Part shown: positions 27,079-37,546 of the stretch, piece after piece | Layout of the letters: each line of letters begins with the position of its first letter | How positions within the stretch are numbered: the stretch's first letter is position 1 | NCBI GenBank assembly: GCA_964645605.1 | Contig: CAZYCE010000001.1 | Coordinates: forward strand, 128,063 to 192,062 | Direction: 5' to 3' | Length of the DNA stretch: 64,000 nucleotides | Source: an uncultured Gammaproteobacteria bacterium | Lineage (GTDB): Bacteria > Patescibacteriota > Microgenomatia > UBA8517 | Notes under the pieces: model-generated | The model's input: only the letters and a program-made list of their open reading frames with translations | The model's database searches: none | What the model was told of the DNA's origin: nothing | Translations under genes and position numbers: made by a program

Positions 27079-28959
27079 ATGGGACCAACTAATCTTTTTA
27101 GTCAGAAATCAGTCGAAAAGTCGCCCAAAAAAGGCAAAAGACAGGTTCGGTTTAGACTTCGGGTAAACCTTTGGACAATTACGGCAACAATTTTAATAAT
27201 CTTCTTTGTAATACCGGGATTTATCGCGGCGATTCAATCGGTAGGCAGTTCCACGACAGAAACCATTTCACAACTTATGAGCGACATTAAGTCGGGAAAC
27301 GTGGAAAAGGTAGATGTTGAGGGATCTAAACTAATCATTACAAATAAAGACGGCACCGTCAAAACTTCGACAAAAGAAGATACGCAGAATTTTACAGAGA
27401 TTTTGGAAAATTACAGAATTGATCCCGCAAGTGTGAACTATAACATTGTTGATCAGTCTGCTATTATGATAATTGGCAATATCGCAGGAATAGTCCTACC
27501 GATTCTTTTAATGGTGGGATTTTTCTATTATCTCCTTCGCGCTCAGAATAAAGGTGCTCAGGATATTTTTTCATTTGGTAGAAGCGGTGCAAAGGTTTTT
27601 GCAAAAGGCAAGCAAAGCACCACTTTTGCCGATGTGGCAGGTGTGGATGAGGCCAAAAAGGAACTTGAAGAGCTTGTCGATTTTCTCAAAAATCCGGCAA
27701 AGTATCGAAAAATCGGCGCGCGTACTCCGAAAGGAGCGCTTTTGGTGGGTCCTTCCGGGGTTGGAAAAACTCTTCTTGCTAAGGCCGTTGCAGGGGAGGC
27801 GGGGGTTCCGTTTTTCTCTATGGCAGGAAGCGAGTTTATGGAAATGCTGGTAGGAGTCGGAGCCTCCCGTGCCAGGGATCTTTTTGCACAGGCGAAATCG
27901 GCAGCTCCGGCGATCATTTTTATTGATGAAATTGATGCCATCGGGCGTCAACGGGGACGGGGAATGATGGGCGGGCATGATGAGCGTGAGCAAACTTTGA
28001 ATCAGATTTTGGTTGAAATGGACGGTTTTACACCGAATGATAATGTAATAGTGATTGCTGCAACCAACAGAGGAGACCTTCTTGATCCGGCATTGCTTCG
28101 TCCGGGAAGGTTTGATAGGAGGATTGTTCTTGATATGCCCGACAAAGAGGGTAGATTGGCAATTCTTCATATCCACGCCAAGGGCAAGAGATTTGCCAAG
28201 GGTGTCAATTGGAGCCAGGTTGCAGATAGGACTGTAGGTTTTTCGGGGGCGGATCTTGAGAATATGCTAAATGAGGCTGCAATCGGGGCTGCAAGAAACA
28301 ATAAATCCGAGATTTCGATGGCTGATCTTGAGGAATCAGCCACAAAAGTAAAACTTGGCCCTGCCAAAAAGAGGCTCCAAAGCGACGAAGATAAGAAATT
28401 AACTGCCTACCATGAGGCTGGGCATGCAATTGTTACTCATTTTTTATTGCATACCGACCCGGTTGAGAGAATATCAATAGTTGCCCGCGGAATGAGTTTG
28501 GGACATACCTTGATTCCTCCGGCAACAGATAGAACTCATGAGACGAAATCACGTTTGATTCAACAAATTGCGGCCATGCTGGGAGGCCGTGCCGCGGAAG
28601 AGGTGGTATTCAGCGAAATGACAAGCGGAGCGGCAAACGACATAGCACAGGCCACTAAAATCGCCAAATCAATGGTGGTTGAGTTGGGGATGAGTCAACT
28701 GGGGCCCATTAATTTCGGTCCCGATGCTGGGATGGGAGATTTTGGGCAAATGGAATGGTATGAACAGGCACAAAATTCGCCGGCTTTTATGGAAAAAATT
28801 GATATCGAGACAAAAAAGCTTTTAGACACCGGCCTTAGGACTGCAATAAAGATTGTTAAAGAAGAAAGAAAACTGCTTGATAAAGTAAGTAGTGCCTTGA
28901 TTGAAAAAGAGACTCTTAGCCGCGATGACTTCGAAAAGATAGTTGGGAAGAAGAAATAA
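27079..28959 (+). CDS. ftsH: ATP-dependent zinc metalloprotease FtsH
   Basis: Two TMs, [21 protein letters not shown] and HEAGH motifs. Confidence 0.97.
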   Translation: MGPTNLFSQKSVEKSPKKGKRQVRFRLRVNLWTITATILIIFFVIPGFIAAIQSVGSSTTETISQLMSDIKSGNVEKVDVEGSKLIITNKDGTVKTSTKEDTQNFTEILENYRIDPASVNYNIVDQSAIMIIGNIAGIVLPILLMVGFFYYLLRAQNKGAQDIFSFGRSGAKVFAKGKQSTTFADVAGVDEAKKELEELVDFLKNPAKYRKIGARTPKGALLVGPSGVGKTLLAKAVAGEAGVPFFSMAGSEFMEMLVGVGASRARDLFAQAKSAAPAIIFIDEIDAIGRQRGRGMMGGHDEREQTLNQILVEMDGFTPNDNVIVIAATNRGDLLDPALLRPGRFDRRIVLDMPDKEGRLAILHIHAKGKRFAKGVNWSQVADRTVGFSGADLENMLNEAAIGAARNNKSEISMADLEESATKVKLGPAKKRLQSDEDKKLTAYHEAGHAIVTHFLLHTDPVERISIVARGMSLGHTLIPPATDRTHETKSRLIQQIAAMLGGRAAEEVVFSEMTSGAANDIAQATKIAKSMVVELGMSQLGPINFGPDAGMGDFGQMEWYEQAQNSPAFMEKIDIETKKLLDTGLRTAIKIVKEERKLLDKVSSALIEKETLSRDDFEKIVGKKK

Positions 28960-28978
28960 AGTGAGCTAAAATATATTC

Positions 28979-29911
28979 ATGGGCAAGCTTGTAATTATTG
29001 ACGGGAATGCCATTCTTCATCGGGCTTTCCATGCTATGCCACCCTTAACAACGAGAAGCGGAGAGCCCATAAACGCCGTTTACGGGTTAGTCTCTATGTT
29101 TTTAAGAATAGTCCAGGATCTTAAGCCTGATGCAATTACAGTTGCATTTGACGAGAAAGAGAAAACATTCAGGCATGTAGAATTTAAAAAGTATCAAGCT
29201 CAAAGACCTCCGACACATGAAGACCTGTCTTCACAGTTCGAAAAGGCAAGAGAGTTTTTTAAAGCAGCACACGTACCGGTTTATTCAAAGCCTGGGTATG
29301 AAGCGGATGATGTGATCGGAACCATCGCTTTGCAAAGCTCCGATCAATTGAAAATTAAAAATTTAAAATTAAAAATTGATGAAACTATTGTCGTGACAGG
29401 GGATAGGGATCTTCTTCAACTGGTTGATGACAAGAAAGGTATTAAACTTTACATGCCGGTGGTTGGTTTATCAAATGCAAAGATGTATGACGAGGTAACC
29501 GCCAAAGAAAGAATGGGGGTACCTGCAAACCTTATTCCAGATTATAAAGCTCTTGTTGGGGATCCATCCGATAACTACCCAGGAGTGACCGGAATCGGTC
29601 CGAAGACTGCGGAAAAACTTTTGGGACAGTACGAAAGTATAGACAATATTTATGCTCATTTAACTCAAATTGAGCCAAATGTAAGGCAAAAATTAATGTC
29701 TGGAAAATCTGATGCAACGCTATTCTACAGGCTCGCAACAATTGTCAAAAATGTGCCTATAGAAATCGATTTTCCGCAGATGAAAGACTGGAAAATTGAC
29801 AGTCCTGAGGTTTTAAATCTCTTTGAAGATTTCGGTTTTAGGACTCTTGCTGAAAGAATTAAAAAAGTTGGGAAAAATATGGAACAGGAAAAACAAACAA
29901 CTTTGTTTTAA
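28979..29911 (+). CDS. 5'-3' exonuclease (stand-alone PolA N-terminal domain)
   Basis: IDGNAILHRAFHA, EADDVIGT, GDRD and GDPSDNYPGVTGIGPKTA motifs. Confidence 0.93.
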   Translation: MGKLVIIDGNAILHRAFHAMPPLTTRSGEPINAVYGLVSMFLRIVQDLKPDAITVAFDEKEKTFRHVEFKKYQAQRPPTHEDLSSQFEKAREFFKAAHVPVYSKPGYEADDVIGTIALQSSDQLKIKNLKLKIDETIVVTGDRDLLQLVDDKKGIKLYMPVVGLSNAKMYDEVTAKERMGVPANLIPDYKALVGDPSDNYPGVTGIGPKTAEKLLGQYESIDNIYAHLTQIEPNVRQKLMSGKSDATLFYRLATIVKNVPIEIDFPQMKDWKIDSPEVLNLFEDFGFRTLAERIKKVGKNMEQEKQTTLF

Positions 29912-31014
29912 TGAAAAAAATAGCAATAGTCCATGATTATTTAATAGATTTTGGGGGAGCGGAAAGGGTACTCTTAGCTCTTAATGAAATTTATCCTGAT
30001 GCACTGATTTACACTTTAATCGACCGGAGAAAAACACTGGGTCATTTTGCCGATAAATTTGACGGCGCAAAGGTAATAGAGACCTGGTTCGGGAAAATTC
30101 CCGGGGCGCAAAAATTAATTTCGCCTTTAAGATTTTTAATTCCGGTAATTTGGAAAAGTGTTGACTTTACCGATTACGATTTAATAATTTCATCCGCCAG
30201 CTGGGCAATTACAAAAGGGTTTGATAAAAAAAACAAGGCCCTCGAAATCTGCTACTGCCATACACCGCCGAGATATTTATACGGGTATGACACCTCAAGA
30301 AAGTTCTCTGGATTTTTTGGAAAGTTGGTTAAAATCTATGCAAAGATAGTCAACAAATCCCTTCGTAAATATGATTACGATCGTGCACAAAAGGTTGACT
30401 ATTTTATTGCTAACTCAAAGGAAGTTGCGGGGAGAATCAAGAAGTTTTATCACAAGGATGCAGCGGTAATTTATCCTCCTGTGGAAACTGCACCGGTATC
30501 GATAACTAAAAAAGGAAATTATTTTCTGACTGGTGGAAGGCTAACCGCCGCCAAAAATTTTGATTTGATAATTAAGGCATTTAACGAACTCGGCACCCCT
30601 TTGCTTATCTATGGTGATGGTCCGCAAAAAGATTATTTGAAGAGTCTCGCGAAAGAAAATGTTAATTTTTTGGGTGAAGTAACCGATGACGAAATAGGAC
30701 ATCTTTATGCCGAAGCAAAGGCTTATGTTGTTGCCCAAAAAGATGAAGATTTTGGTATTACTCCGATTGAAGCAATGGCACAGGGTACTCCCGTTATTGC
30801 TTACAAAGGAGGGGGATATTTGGAAACGGTAGTTGAAGGAAAAACAGGAATTTTCTTTAACGAATTGAGTATTAAAAGTTTGTCCTCGGCAATTGAGAGG
30901 TTTGAAACGGTGGAATTTGATTCTGTAAATTGTGTAAATCAAGCCAAAAAGTTTTCAAAGGAAAGGTTTGAGAAAGAAATGAAAGAATTTGTGAATAAAG
31001 TTAAACCTTCTTGA
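29911..31014 (+). CDS. Glycosyltransferase family 4
   Basis: GGAERV, YCHTPPRY and EDFGITPIEAMAQG motifs. Confidence 0.93.
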   Translation: MKKIAIVHDYLIDFGGAERVLLALNEIYPDALIYTLIDRRKTLGHFADKFDGAKVIETWFGKIPGAQKLISPLRFLIPVIWKSVDFTDYDLIISSASWAITKGFDKKNKALEICYCHTPPRYLYGYDTSRKFSGFFGKLVKIYAKIVNKSLRKYDYDRAQKVDYFIANSKEVAGRIKKFYHKDAAVIYPPVETAPVSITKKGNYFLTGGRLTAAKNFDLIIKAFNELGTPLLIYGDGPQKDYLKSLAKENVNFLGEVTDDEIGHLYAEAKAYVVAQKDEDFGITPIEAMAQGTPVIAYKGGGYLETVVEGKTGIFFNELSIKSLSSAIERFETVEFDSVNCVNQAKKFSKERFEKEMKEFVNKVKPS

Positions 31015-31060
31015 TCCCAAAACCCATTGATGTTATAAAGAACTTCTCCTGCCCTGAAAA

Positions 31061-33085
31061 ATGCCTGAAAACGAAAAATATATTCAAGGTAAATTACCTA
31101 CTTACGGGAAAAGACGAGTTTCTTCTCAATTTGCTGCAGTTTTTGTAAATGAAGAAAGAAGAGAAACAAATCGCCAGTTGCAGATGTTGTCTGATACAAA
31201 AACTGTTGAGGTGAAAAAAATCATTCCTATGAAAAATATTTTGTATTATGACAACGAGAACTATAATCATCAACAAACAATTGTTGTAAAACTTAATGAA
31301 CCGGAAAGTGAAAAAATAACCACTTTCTCATTTTTTCCAGAACCGGCGAGAAAAGAAGATGATAGGAGAAACCATAACAATCTACTTTGGTGGCCAAGCT
31401 ACCTTGTTGCAAACAGATGGCTAGAGGAACCAAATATTAAATTTCCACCCTGGAGTTTGGGTAATCTTCGAATCATGGATGAGGGAGGATTTTATACAGA
31501 TAAACTTAATGAAGTAAACATTGATGAAATCGGAGGTAAGGCTCATGGTCTTATAAAGCTCAAAAAGTACGAGAAATTTGGCTTCAAGATACCTGACTTT
31601 ATAGTTATTCCTACCAGTTTTTACAAAAAAATGGACGCATTTGGTTTTAGCGGCCGAGCCGAAAAAATTATGGAAAGCTTTGCTTCACCAGAAGACATAA
31701 TGAGACAAGATGAACTTCATGATGGCGTAAGCATCATGAGTACTAGAAATGTTCCCCACGAGATAGAAAAGCTATTTGATTCATTGAATTTTGAACGCAG
31801 CATTTATTATCCTACTTTGGCAAAAGATATTTGCCAATTTGCCGGGATTACCGATTATTGGGGAACCCCTGGGAGAAAAGTAATTTTGAGATCTAGTTCT
31901 CCTCTTGAAGATAGTCAGAAGACGGAATACCAATTCCAGGGTGTTTTTGAAAGTCAAACTCCAACAATAACTAGTTTAGATGATATCTATGATTCGTTAA
32001 AAAGTGTCTATTTAAGTCCATGGTCGGCCTATGCAGAGTTTTATCTCAGAAACAGACATTTAGTGGGAAAAATTGATAGGAACATGGCGGTTATTGTTCA
32101 AGAAGTTCCAAAGGACTACAAGTTTGTTTGCAGAGTGTTTTATAACAATGGAAAGGTGGCAATTGAGTATATAAGTCGTGATTTATTTTATGGTAGCCAG
32201 TTTGTTGGTCTAAAAGCTATTATTAACAGCAAGGGTGAAATTATAAAAAATGAAGACGAAGTGGAAGACCATTATTATAAAGACATTTTTAAAAATAGGA
32301 AGATGTCTAACGAAGAGATTGTTAAGATTGCAAGTATTATGCAAAGGTTATCCGAAGTTCCTGAATATGGCGTTGATTTTAATACAGAAATTCTTGCCGG
32401 AGGAGAATTGCCGTATATTGTACAAATTAGACGCGCGCCAGAAACACATAAAACGAGTGTTGTTTCAGATATAGACGAGGTAGATAGAGAAAGCGTAATA
32501 GTTGATTTCACTGCAGAAACAAACAATTTTTCTATAGGCAAGATTGAAGGTCCGGTTGTCAATCTAATGGGATATTTTAAAGGCCATGTTTGGGAAAAAG
32601 ACGAAACGGGTCACGAAAAAGGCCGTTATGTTTATGGAGATTTGAATGAATACTACGAAAAAGCAGAATATTATAACAAAAAATATCCTGGAGCAATTTT
32701 TATTGTTGATATGGATTTTGGGGATCAGGAAATATTGGGAGAAAAGTTTCATATGTTGACGTCAAAAAAAGGCGGATTAATAACCTGTCATAGATATGAC
32801 ACTTCTCTGCGTTGTCCACATTTTCTTGCCGAACTTTATAAAGATCCTTGTTTCCATGTTGTAAATGTACTTCCGGAACCATTTAAAGATATGGAGACTG
32901 GTACACCAATGGGGGTAATAAGCAATGGCGACAAGGCGAGATTTTATCACCCAAAAAACTACTCTGGACCAACAATTGTTTTTTCTCAACCAAAAGCGTG
33001 TTCGCGAGAGAAGCAGATTTATTCGCAAGGTGTTTTGTTTGATGCAAGTACGATCAAAGGGGAAATAATTAAGAATATTTTGTGA
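31061..33085 (+). CDS. PEP/pyruvate-binding (PPDK/PEP-synthase N-terminal ATP-grasp) domain protein with divergent flanks
   Basis: IGGKAHGL, KIPDFIVIPT, LRSSSPLED..FQGVFES, MAVIVQE and YIVQIR motifs. Confidence 0.7.
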   Translation: MPENEKYIQGKLPTYGKRRVSSQFAAVFVNEERRETNRQLQMLSDTKTVEVKKIIPMKNILYYDNENYNHQQTIVVKLNEPESEKITTFSFFPEPARKEDDRRNHNNLLWWPSYLVANRWLEEPNIKFPPWSLGNLRIMDEGGFYTDKLNEVNIDEIGGKAHGLIKLKKYEKFGFKIPDFIVIPTSFYKKMDAFGFSGRAEKIMESFASPEDIMRQDELHDGVSIMSTRNVPHEIEKLFDSLNFERSIYYPTLAKDICQFAGITDYWGTPGRKVILRSSSPLEDSQKTEYQFQGVFESQTPTITSLDDIYDSLKSVYLSPWSAYAEFYLRNRHLVGKIDRNMAVIVQEVPKDYKFVCRVFYNNGKVAIEYISRDLFYGSQFVGLKAIINSKGEIIKNEDEVEDHYYKDIFKNRKMSNEEIVKIASIMQRLSEVPEYGVDFNTEILAGGELPYIVQIRRAPETHKTSVVSDIDEVDRESVIVDFTAETNNFSIGKIEGPVVNLMGYFKGHVWEKDETGHEKGRYVYGDLNEYYEKAEYYNKKYPGAIFIVDMDFGDQEILGEKFHMLTSKKGGLITCHRYDTSLRCPHFLAELYKDPCFHVVNVLPEPFKDMETGTPMGVISNGDKARFYHPKNYSGPTIVFSQPKACSREKQIYSQGVLFDASTIKGEIIKNIL

Positions 33086-33097
33086 TAATATTGGCTC

Positions 33098-33979
33098 ATG
33101 CCAGAACTTCCTGAAGTAGAAACGATGCGGTTGCAGTTGAAAAAGTACCTTGCGGGGCACAAAATTCTATCCGTTGAGGTTAAAAACAGAAAAACATTCC
33201 AAGGAGATGAAGCAAAAATTATTGGTGGAAAGGTTACCGACGTAAGGCGGTTTGGAAAAGTATCTGTTATCGACCTAGATAACAATTATTCGATTCTTAC
33301 CCATGTAAAACTCACGGGACAATATATTTATAGAGGACCTCACTTACCAAATCCGGGTAAGCTGTCAAGTAGAGTTACCGGTGGTTTACCGGGATCCCAT
33401 ACATTGGTTATTTTTGATCTTGATAACGGTGGGGAACTTTATTACAACGATGTCAGGCGTTTTGGCTGGATCAAGATTAAAAAAACCTCCGATGTCGAGC
33501 ATGAAAAATTTATTGCCAGGCTTGGCCCCGAACCCTTCGGCAAAGCTCAGGGCAAGCCCTCTCTTTTGACGTTAGATTTGTTTAAAGAGATTCTTTCCAA
33601 GACTTCCAGGGCAATCAAAATCGTTATCATGGATCAGGAAAAGATGGGAGGGATAGGGAACATTTATGCCAGCGATGCTTTATGGCTTGCCAAGGTTAAC
33701 CCCAAAACTCCGGCTAAGAATATTTCCAATAAAAAAGCGGGTGAATTATACAACGCAATCATTCATGTGTTAAAAGAGGGCATCAAATATGGCGGGGCAA
33801 GTGAGCTTTCCTTTGTCACTCCGGACGGGCACGAGGGAGGGTATCAAAATCACACACTGGTTTACGGGCATGAAGGTGAGCCTTGCGAGAGATCTGCCTG
33901 CCGGCAGGCAGGTGCCAGAATTCAAAAGTTTTTCTTAGGAGGAAGGGGAACCTATTTTTGCCCAATTTGTCAAAAGTAA
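33098..33979 (+). CDS. mutM: Formamidopyrimidine-DNA glycosylase
   Basis: PELPEVE N-terminus, GIGNIYA, and C-terminal zinc finger GRGTYFCPICQ. Confidence 0.96.
   Translation: MPELPEVETMRLQLKKYLAGHKILSVEVKNRKTFQGDEAKIIGGKVTDVRRFGKVSVIDLDNNYSILTHVKLTGQYIYRGPHLPNPGKLSSRVTGGLPGSHTLVIFDLDNGGELYYNDVRRFGWIKIKKTSDVEHEKFIARLGPEPFGKAQGKPSLLTLDLFKEILSKTSRAIKIVIMDQEKMGGIGNIYASDALWLAKVNPKTPAKNISNKKAGELYNAIIHVLKEGIKYGGASELSFVTPDGHEGGYQNHTLVYGHEGEPCERSACRQAGARIQKFFLGGRGTYFCPICQK
33533..33556. repeat. Short REP-like palindromic element in frame inside mutM
   Basis: CCCTTCGGCAAAGCTCAGGGCAAG, encoding PFGKAQGK after LGPE. Confidence 0.6.
33894..33911. repeat. Perfect 18-bp palindrome in frame inside the mutM zinc finger
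   Basis: CTGCCTGCCGGCAGGCAG, within the coding for SACRQAG. Confidence 0.75.
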
Positions 33980-33982
33980 GAA

Positions 33983-35044
33983 ATGATTGAAAAAATAAAA
34001 CTATCCGGTTTTAGAAATTTTAAGTCGAATACATTTGAATTTGCTCCAAAAATTACCGTGATTGTCGGCCCTAATGCTTCAGGCAAGACAAACGTATTGG
34101 AAAGCCTTTTTCTCCTATCAACAGGAAAAAGTTTTAAAGCCAGAATGGAAGAAGAAATGATTAAGTATGACAAAGATATTGGTAGAGTTAACGGAAGCAT
34201 TACTGATTCGAGTTTAGAATCAACCAAACTTGAGGTAGTAATCACCAGAGGTCAAATAGACATCGGAACAATGTATCCTGAAAAAACTCCCCGAAAGAAA
34301 CTTTTCGTAAACGGAATTCCCAGGAGGATGATTGATTTTGCCGGAAACTTCAGAACTGTACTTTTTGGGCCGTGGGATATGGATCTTGTAACAGAGTCGC
34401 CCTCAATAAGAAGAAGGTTTTTGGATACGGTACTTTCACAGGTTGATAGGGAATACAGGCGCTCGATAATGTCTTACGAAAAGGGTTTAAGGCAAAGAAA
34501 CAGAGTCCTTCTGGATATAAGGGAAGGCAACACTCTTCGCGACAGGCTTCTTTTTTGGGATCAGCTTCTTGTTAAGAACGGAGACTACATCACCGGAAGA
34601 AGAGAAGAGTTTATCGAATATGTTAACGCTCACCATCCGCTCTCTATCAATAGTTATTCTCTCACCTACGACCGTTCAATTATTTCCGAAGCAAGGATAG
34701 AACAGTATAAAGAGGAAGAAGTTGCCGCTGCCACCACCTTGGTTGGACCTCATAGAGATGACTTTATATTTAATAAAGGCGAAAGAGATCTCTCAAGTTA
34801 TGGTTCAAGGGGCGAGCAGAGAATGGGAGTATTGTGGCTGAAAATGGCTGAGCTATCGTTTATCGAGGAAAAAAGCGGTCAGCGCCCCACACTTCTTTTG
34901 GACGATATTTTTTCGGAGCTTGACGCGGAACACCGTGACATTGTTATGGATATTGCCACTCGTCAGCAGACAATCATTACATCCGTTGATGATAGATTTG
35001 TAAAAAATATCAAAAAAGTGGAAAGAATTAAACTTGAGGATTAA
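33983..35044 (+). CDS. recF: DNA replication/repair protein RecF
   Basis: GPNASGKTN, GPHRDD, GSRGEQR and LLLDDIFSELD motifs. Confidence 0.96.
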   Translation: MIEKIKLSGFRNFKSNTFEFAPKITVIVGPNASGKTNVLESLFLLSTGKSFKARMEEEMIKYDKDIGRVNGSITDSSLESTKLEVVITRGQIDIGTMYPEKTPRKKLFVNGIPRRMIDFAGNFRTVLFGPWDMDLVTESPSIRRRFLDTVLSQVDREYRRSIMSYEKGLRQRNRVLLDIREGNTLRDRLLFWDQLLVKNGDYITGRREEFIEYVNAHHPLSINSYSLTYDRSIISEARIEQYKEEEVAAATTLVGPHRDDFIFNKGERDLSSYGSRGEQRMGVLWLKMAELSFIEEKSGQRPTLLLDDIFSELDAEHRDIVMDIATRQQTIITSVDDRFVKNIKKVERIKLED

Positions 35045-35053
35045 AATAGAAGA

Positions 35054-35365
35054 ATGGAAAACGGTGAAAAGCTAACGCCGGAACAATTAGAAAATTATTT
35101 TAAATCTGACCTTCTGGGTGCTCCGGCAGAAGTTCGGGAAAGGTATCACAGCTTGTTGTTAGATGAAAAGATTAGAATGGCAAAAGAAAACGGAAACCGT
35201 CCTGCCGGGCCGGTTTCACTTAAATTGAGAGAGATGATGCTGGAAAGTGCCGAAAAGACAGAAACTGTCGAAGACGCGAAAAAAGCATTTAAGATGGAAC
35301 GGGATTGGGTTGGCCACACCTCTAAAGATGGTAGGCCGCCAATTGGTGGAGCTCCCGACGATTAA
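35054..35365 (+). CDS. Hypothetical protein
   Basis: 103-aa ORF in operon orientation. Confidence 0.55.
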   Translation: MENGEKLTPEQLENYFKSDLLGAPAEVRERYHSLLLDEKIRMAKENGNRPAGPVSLKLREMMLESAEKTETVEDAKKAFKMERDWVGHTSKDGRPPIGGAPDD

Positions 35366-35395
35366 CTTTCTTCGAATTGAGAATATACTTATTTT

Positions 35396-36235
35396 ATGAA
35401 AGTCTTTGCTAAAGGGGATTTGGGTGGATTGATTCTTCCGAAAAAAAACTCCTCTAAAGGAGAAAATGGTCAGATAACTATAATAGCCGGTTCGTCACTT
35501 TTCCACGGAGCACCTCTTTTAGCGCTTGGTACCGCATCAAGATTCGTCGATATGGTTTATTTTGCATCTCCGGAGAAAAGTGTTGGGGAAGTAGCGGACA
35601 GGTTGAAATCAAAACTCTTTTCATTTATTTGGACTCCGTGGAACGAACTGGAACATTATCTCAAAAAATCTGATGCAATTCTTATTGGCCCCGGTTTAAT
35701 GCGCTTTAGAAGTGAGGGAGTAACCGATGAAGAAAGACTTGCCTGCGACGAAGCATGTCAACAAACTTCCGAAATTACCAAAACACTTCTGGCATCATTT
35801 CCTGATAAAAAATGGGTGATAGACGGTGGCAGCCTTCAGGTAATGGAACCCTCATGGATTCCCCGAGGTGCAATATTAACGCCGAACAAAAAAGAGTACA
35901 AAAAGCTTTTTGGTAACATGGGTGTTTCCGATGCTGCTCAAAAATATAGGTGTACGATTGTTTATAAGCTCCCGGAAACAGTGGTTTGTTCTCCACAAAG
36001 GTGCATAAAGGTAGTTGGGGGAAATGCAGGGCTCACCAAGGGGGGAACTGGCGATGTACAGGCAGGGCTAACAACTGCCCTTTTTGCGAAAAATGACGCT
36101 TTTTTAGCTGCCTCAGCAGGATCTTTTATTATCAAAGCTGTCGCTGATGAGCTTTATAAAAACGTTGGCACAGCCTACAATGCGGATGATCTGGCATCAC
36201 AAATCCCTCTATATTTTCCGCAATTTCTGCGTTAA
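35396..36235 (+). CDS. nnrD: NAD(P)H-hydrate dehydratase
   Basis: KGENG..IIAGS..FHGA, IGPGL, LTPN and KGGTGDV motifs. Confidence 0.9.
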   Translation: MKVFAKGDLGGLILPKKNSSKGENGQITIIAGSSLFHGAPLLALGTASRFVDMVYFASPEKSVGEVADRLKSKLFSFIWTPWNELEHYLKKSDAILIGPGLMRFRSEGVTDEERLACDEACQQTSEITKTLLASFPDKKWVIDGGSLQVMEPSWIPRGAILTPNKKEYKKLFGNMGVSDAAQKYRCTIVYKLPETVVCSPQRCIKVVGGNAGLTKGGTGDVQAGLTTALFAKNDAFLAASAGSFIIKAVADELYKNVGTAYNADDLASQIPLYFPQFLR

Positions 36236-36247
36236 TATAAATTTAAT

Positions 36248-37312
36248 ATGTATGCTCCCAAATATGTGATTTCGAATAGAATCCTCAAGAACATCGGGTC
36301 TATTGAGGCCAGCCGTGAAGTTGTCATGAATGCCCCCTTGGTTCCTTCATTTGCGAAGCAGTTCCAATCGGATGCAATTGTCCGCACTATTCATCACGGC
36401 ACTCATATTGAGGGGAATGATTTGACTCTTTACCAGACAAAAAAGATTCTGGAAGGAGCCGAGGTTTACGGCCGGGCGAGGGATATTCAGGAAGTAATTA
36501 ACTACAGAAATGTTATGCAGCTATTGGACGAGCTTGCCGTTAAGCGTGGCGGGTACGATACCGATATGCTTAGGGATATTCATAGGGCAACGGTTGATAG
36601 GATTGTTGTCCCTGAAAAAGTCGGTGTTTTTAGAACAACGGAAGTTGTAATTAAGGAAGAAGGAACAGGAAAAATAATTTTCCAACCGCCTCCTTCACAC
36701 GAGGTACCGTTTCTTTTGGATGACTTTTTCGAATGGCTTAATGACGAGACAGCCCAGGAAATTCATCCGATAATCAGATCCGGCATAGCCCACTATATTC
36801 TTGTGGCGATTCATCCCTTTGTAGAAGGTAACGGCAGAACCGTAAGGGCCTTTGCGACACTAGTTCTAATGAGGGAAGGGTATGATACTAAGAAGTTTTT
36901 CTCACTCGAGGAGCATTTTGATGATGATCCGGCGGCTTATTACGAAGCATTAAGTAGAGTAGATAGACAATCTCCCAATATGGGTAATCGTGATATTACA
37001 CCTTGGCTTGAGTATTTTACGGGTGTGGTTGCCGCAGAGCTTGAGAAGATTAAGGACAAAGTCAGGAAGCTTTCGGTAGACTCCCGTCTAAAAGTTAAAT
37101 TTGGAGAGCAAGTGGCCCTTACTGAGCGCCAAATGAGGCTTATCGAGTACATTTCCGATCAAGGTTCCGGAGGAATGGCAGAGCTTAAAAAAGTTTTACC
37201 TATGGTTTCCGAAGACACAATTTTGAGAGAGCTTAAAGACCTTCTTAGTAAAGGGATTATTAAAAAGCAGGGAAGTACTAAAGCCAGTAAGTATGTAATT
37301 GCGAACAAATGA
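36248..37312 (+). CDS. Fic-family protein with C-terminal winged HTH
   Basis: HPFVEGNGRTVR Fic motif; THIEGN inhibitory helix. Confidence 0.93.
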   Translation: MYAPKYVISNRILKNIGSIEASREVVMNAPLVPSFAKQFQSDAIVRTIHHGTHIEGNDLTLYQTKKILEGAEVYGRARDIQEVINYRNVMQLLDELAVKRGGYDTDMLRDIHRATVDRIVVPEKVGVFRTTEVVIKEEGTGKIIFQPPPSHEVPFLLDDFFEWLNDETAQEIHPIIRSGIAHYILVAIHPFVEGNGRTVRAFATLVLMREGYDTKKFFSLEEHFDDDPAAYYEALSRVDRQSPNMGNRDITPWLEYFTGVVAAELEKIKDKVRKLSVDSRLKVKFGEQVALTERQMRLIEYISDQGSGGMAELKKVLPMVSEDTILRELKDLLSKGIIKKQGSTKASKYVIANK

Positions 37313-37515
37313 CAGCCAATGATCCACAAATTTTATACATGATTTTGATTGTTCCTTCCCTTTTCGGACTCACACTTGTGGGAGAGGGAATAAGCAAACT
37401 TGTTCACGAAGAAACAAACGGACTTTTTTTTATAATCTTTGGATTTCTTTTCATCGGCCTAGTTGTCTTTGCTTACGTATTCTTCTCAAACTTTTCAATT
37501 TTAAGTAATGTTTGA
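37309..37515 (+). CDS. Small two-TM hypothetical protein
   Basis: ATGA overlap with the fic gene; two hydrophobic helices. Confidence 0.65.
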   Translation: MTANDPQILYMILIVPSLFGLTLVGEGISKLVHEETNGLFFIIFGFLFIGLVVFAYVFFSNFSILSNV

Positions 37516-37546
37516 TTATCATTTTTAAGCCAAACGCAATATAATC

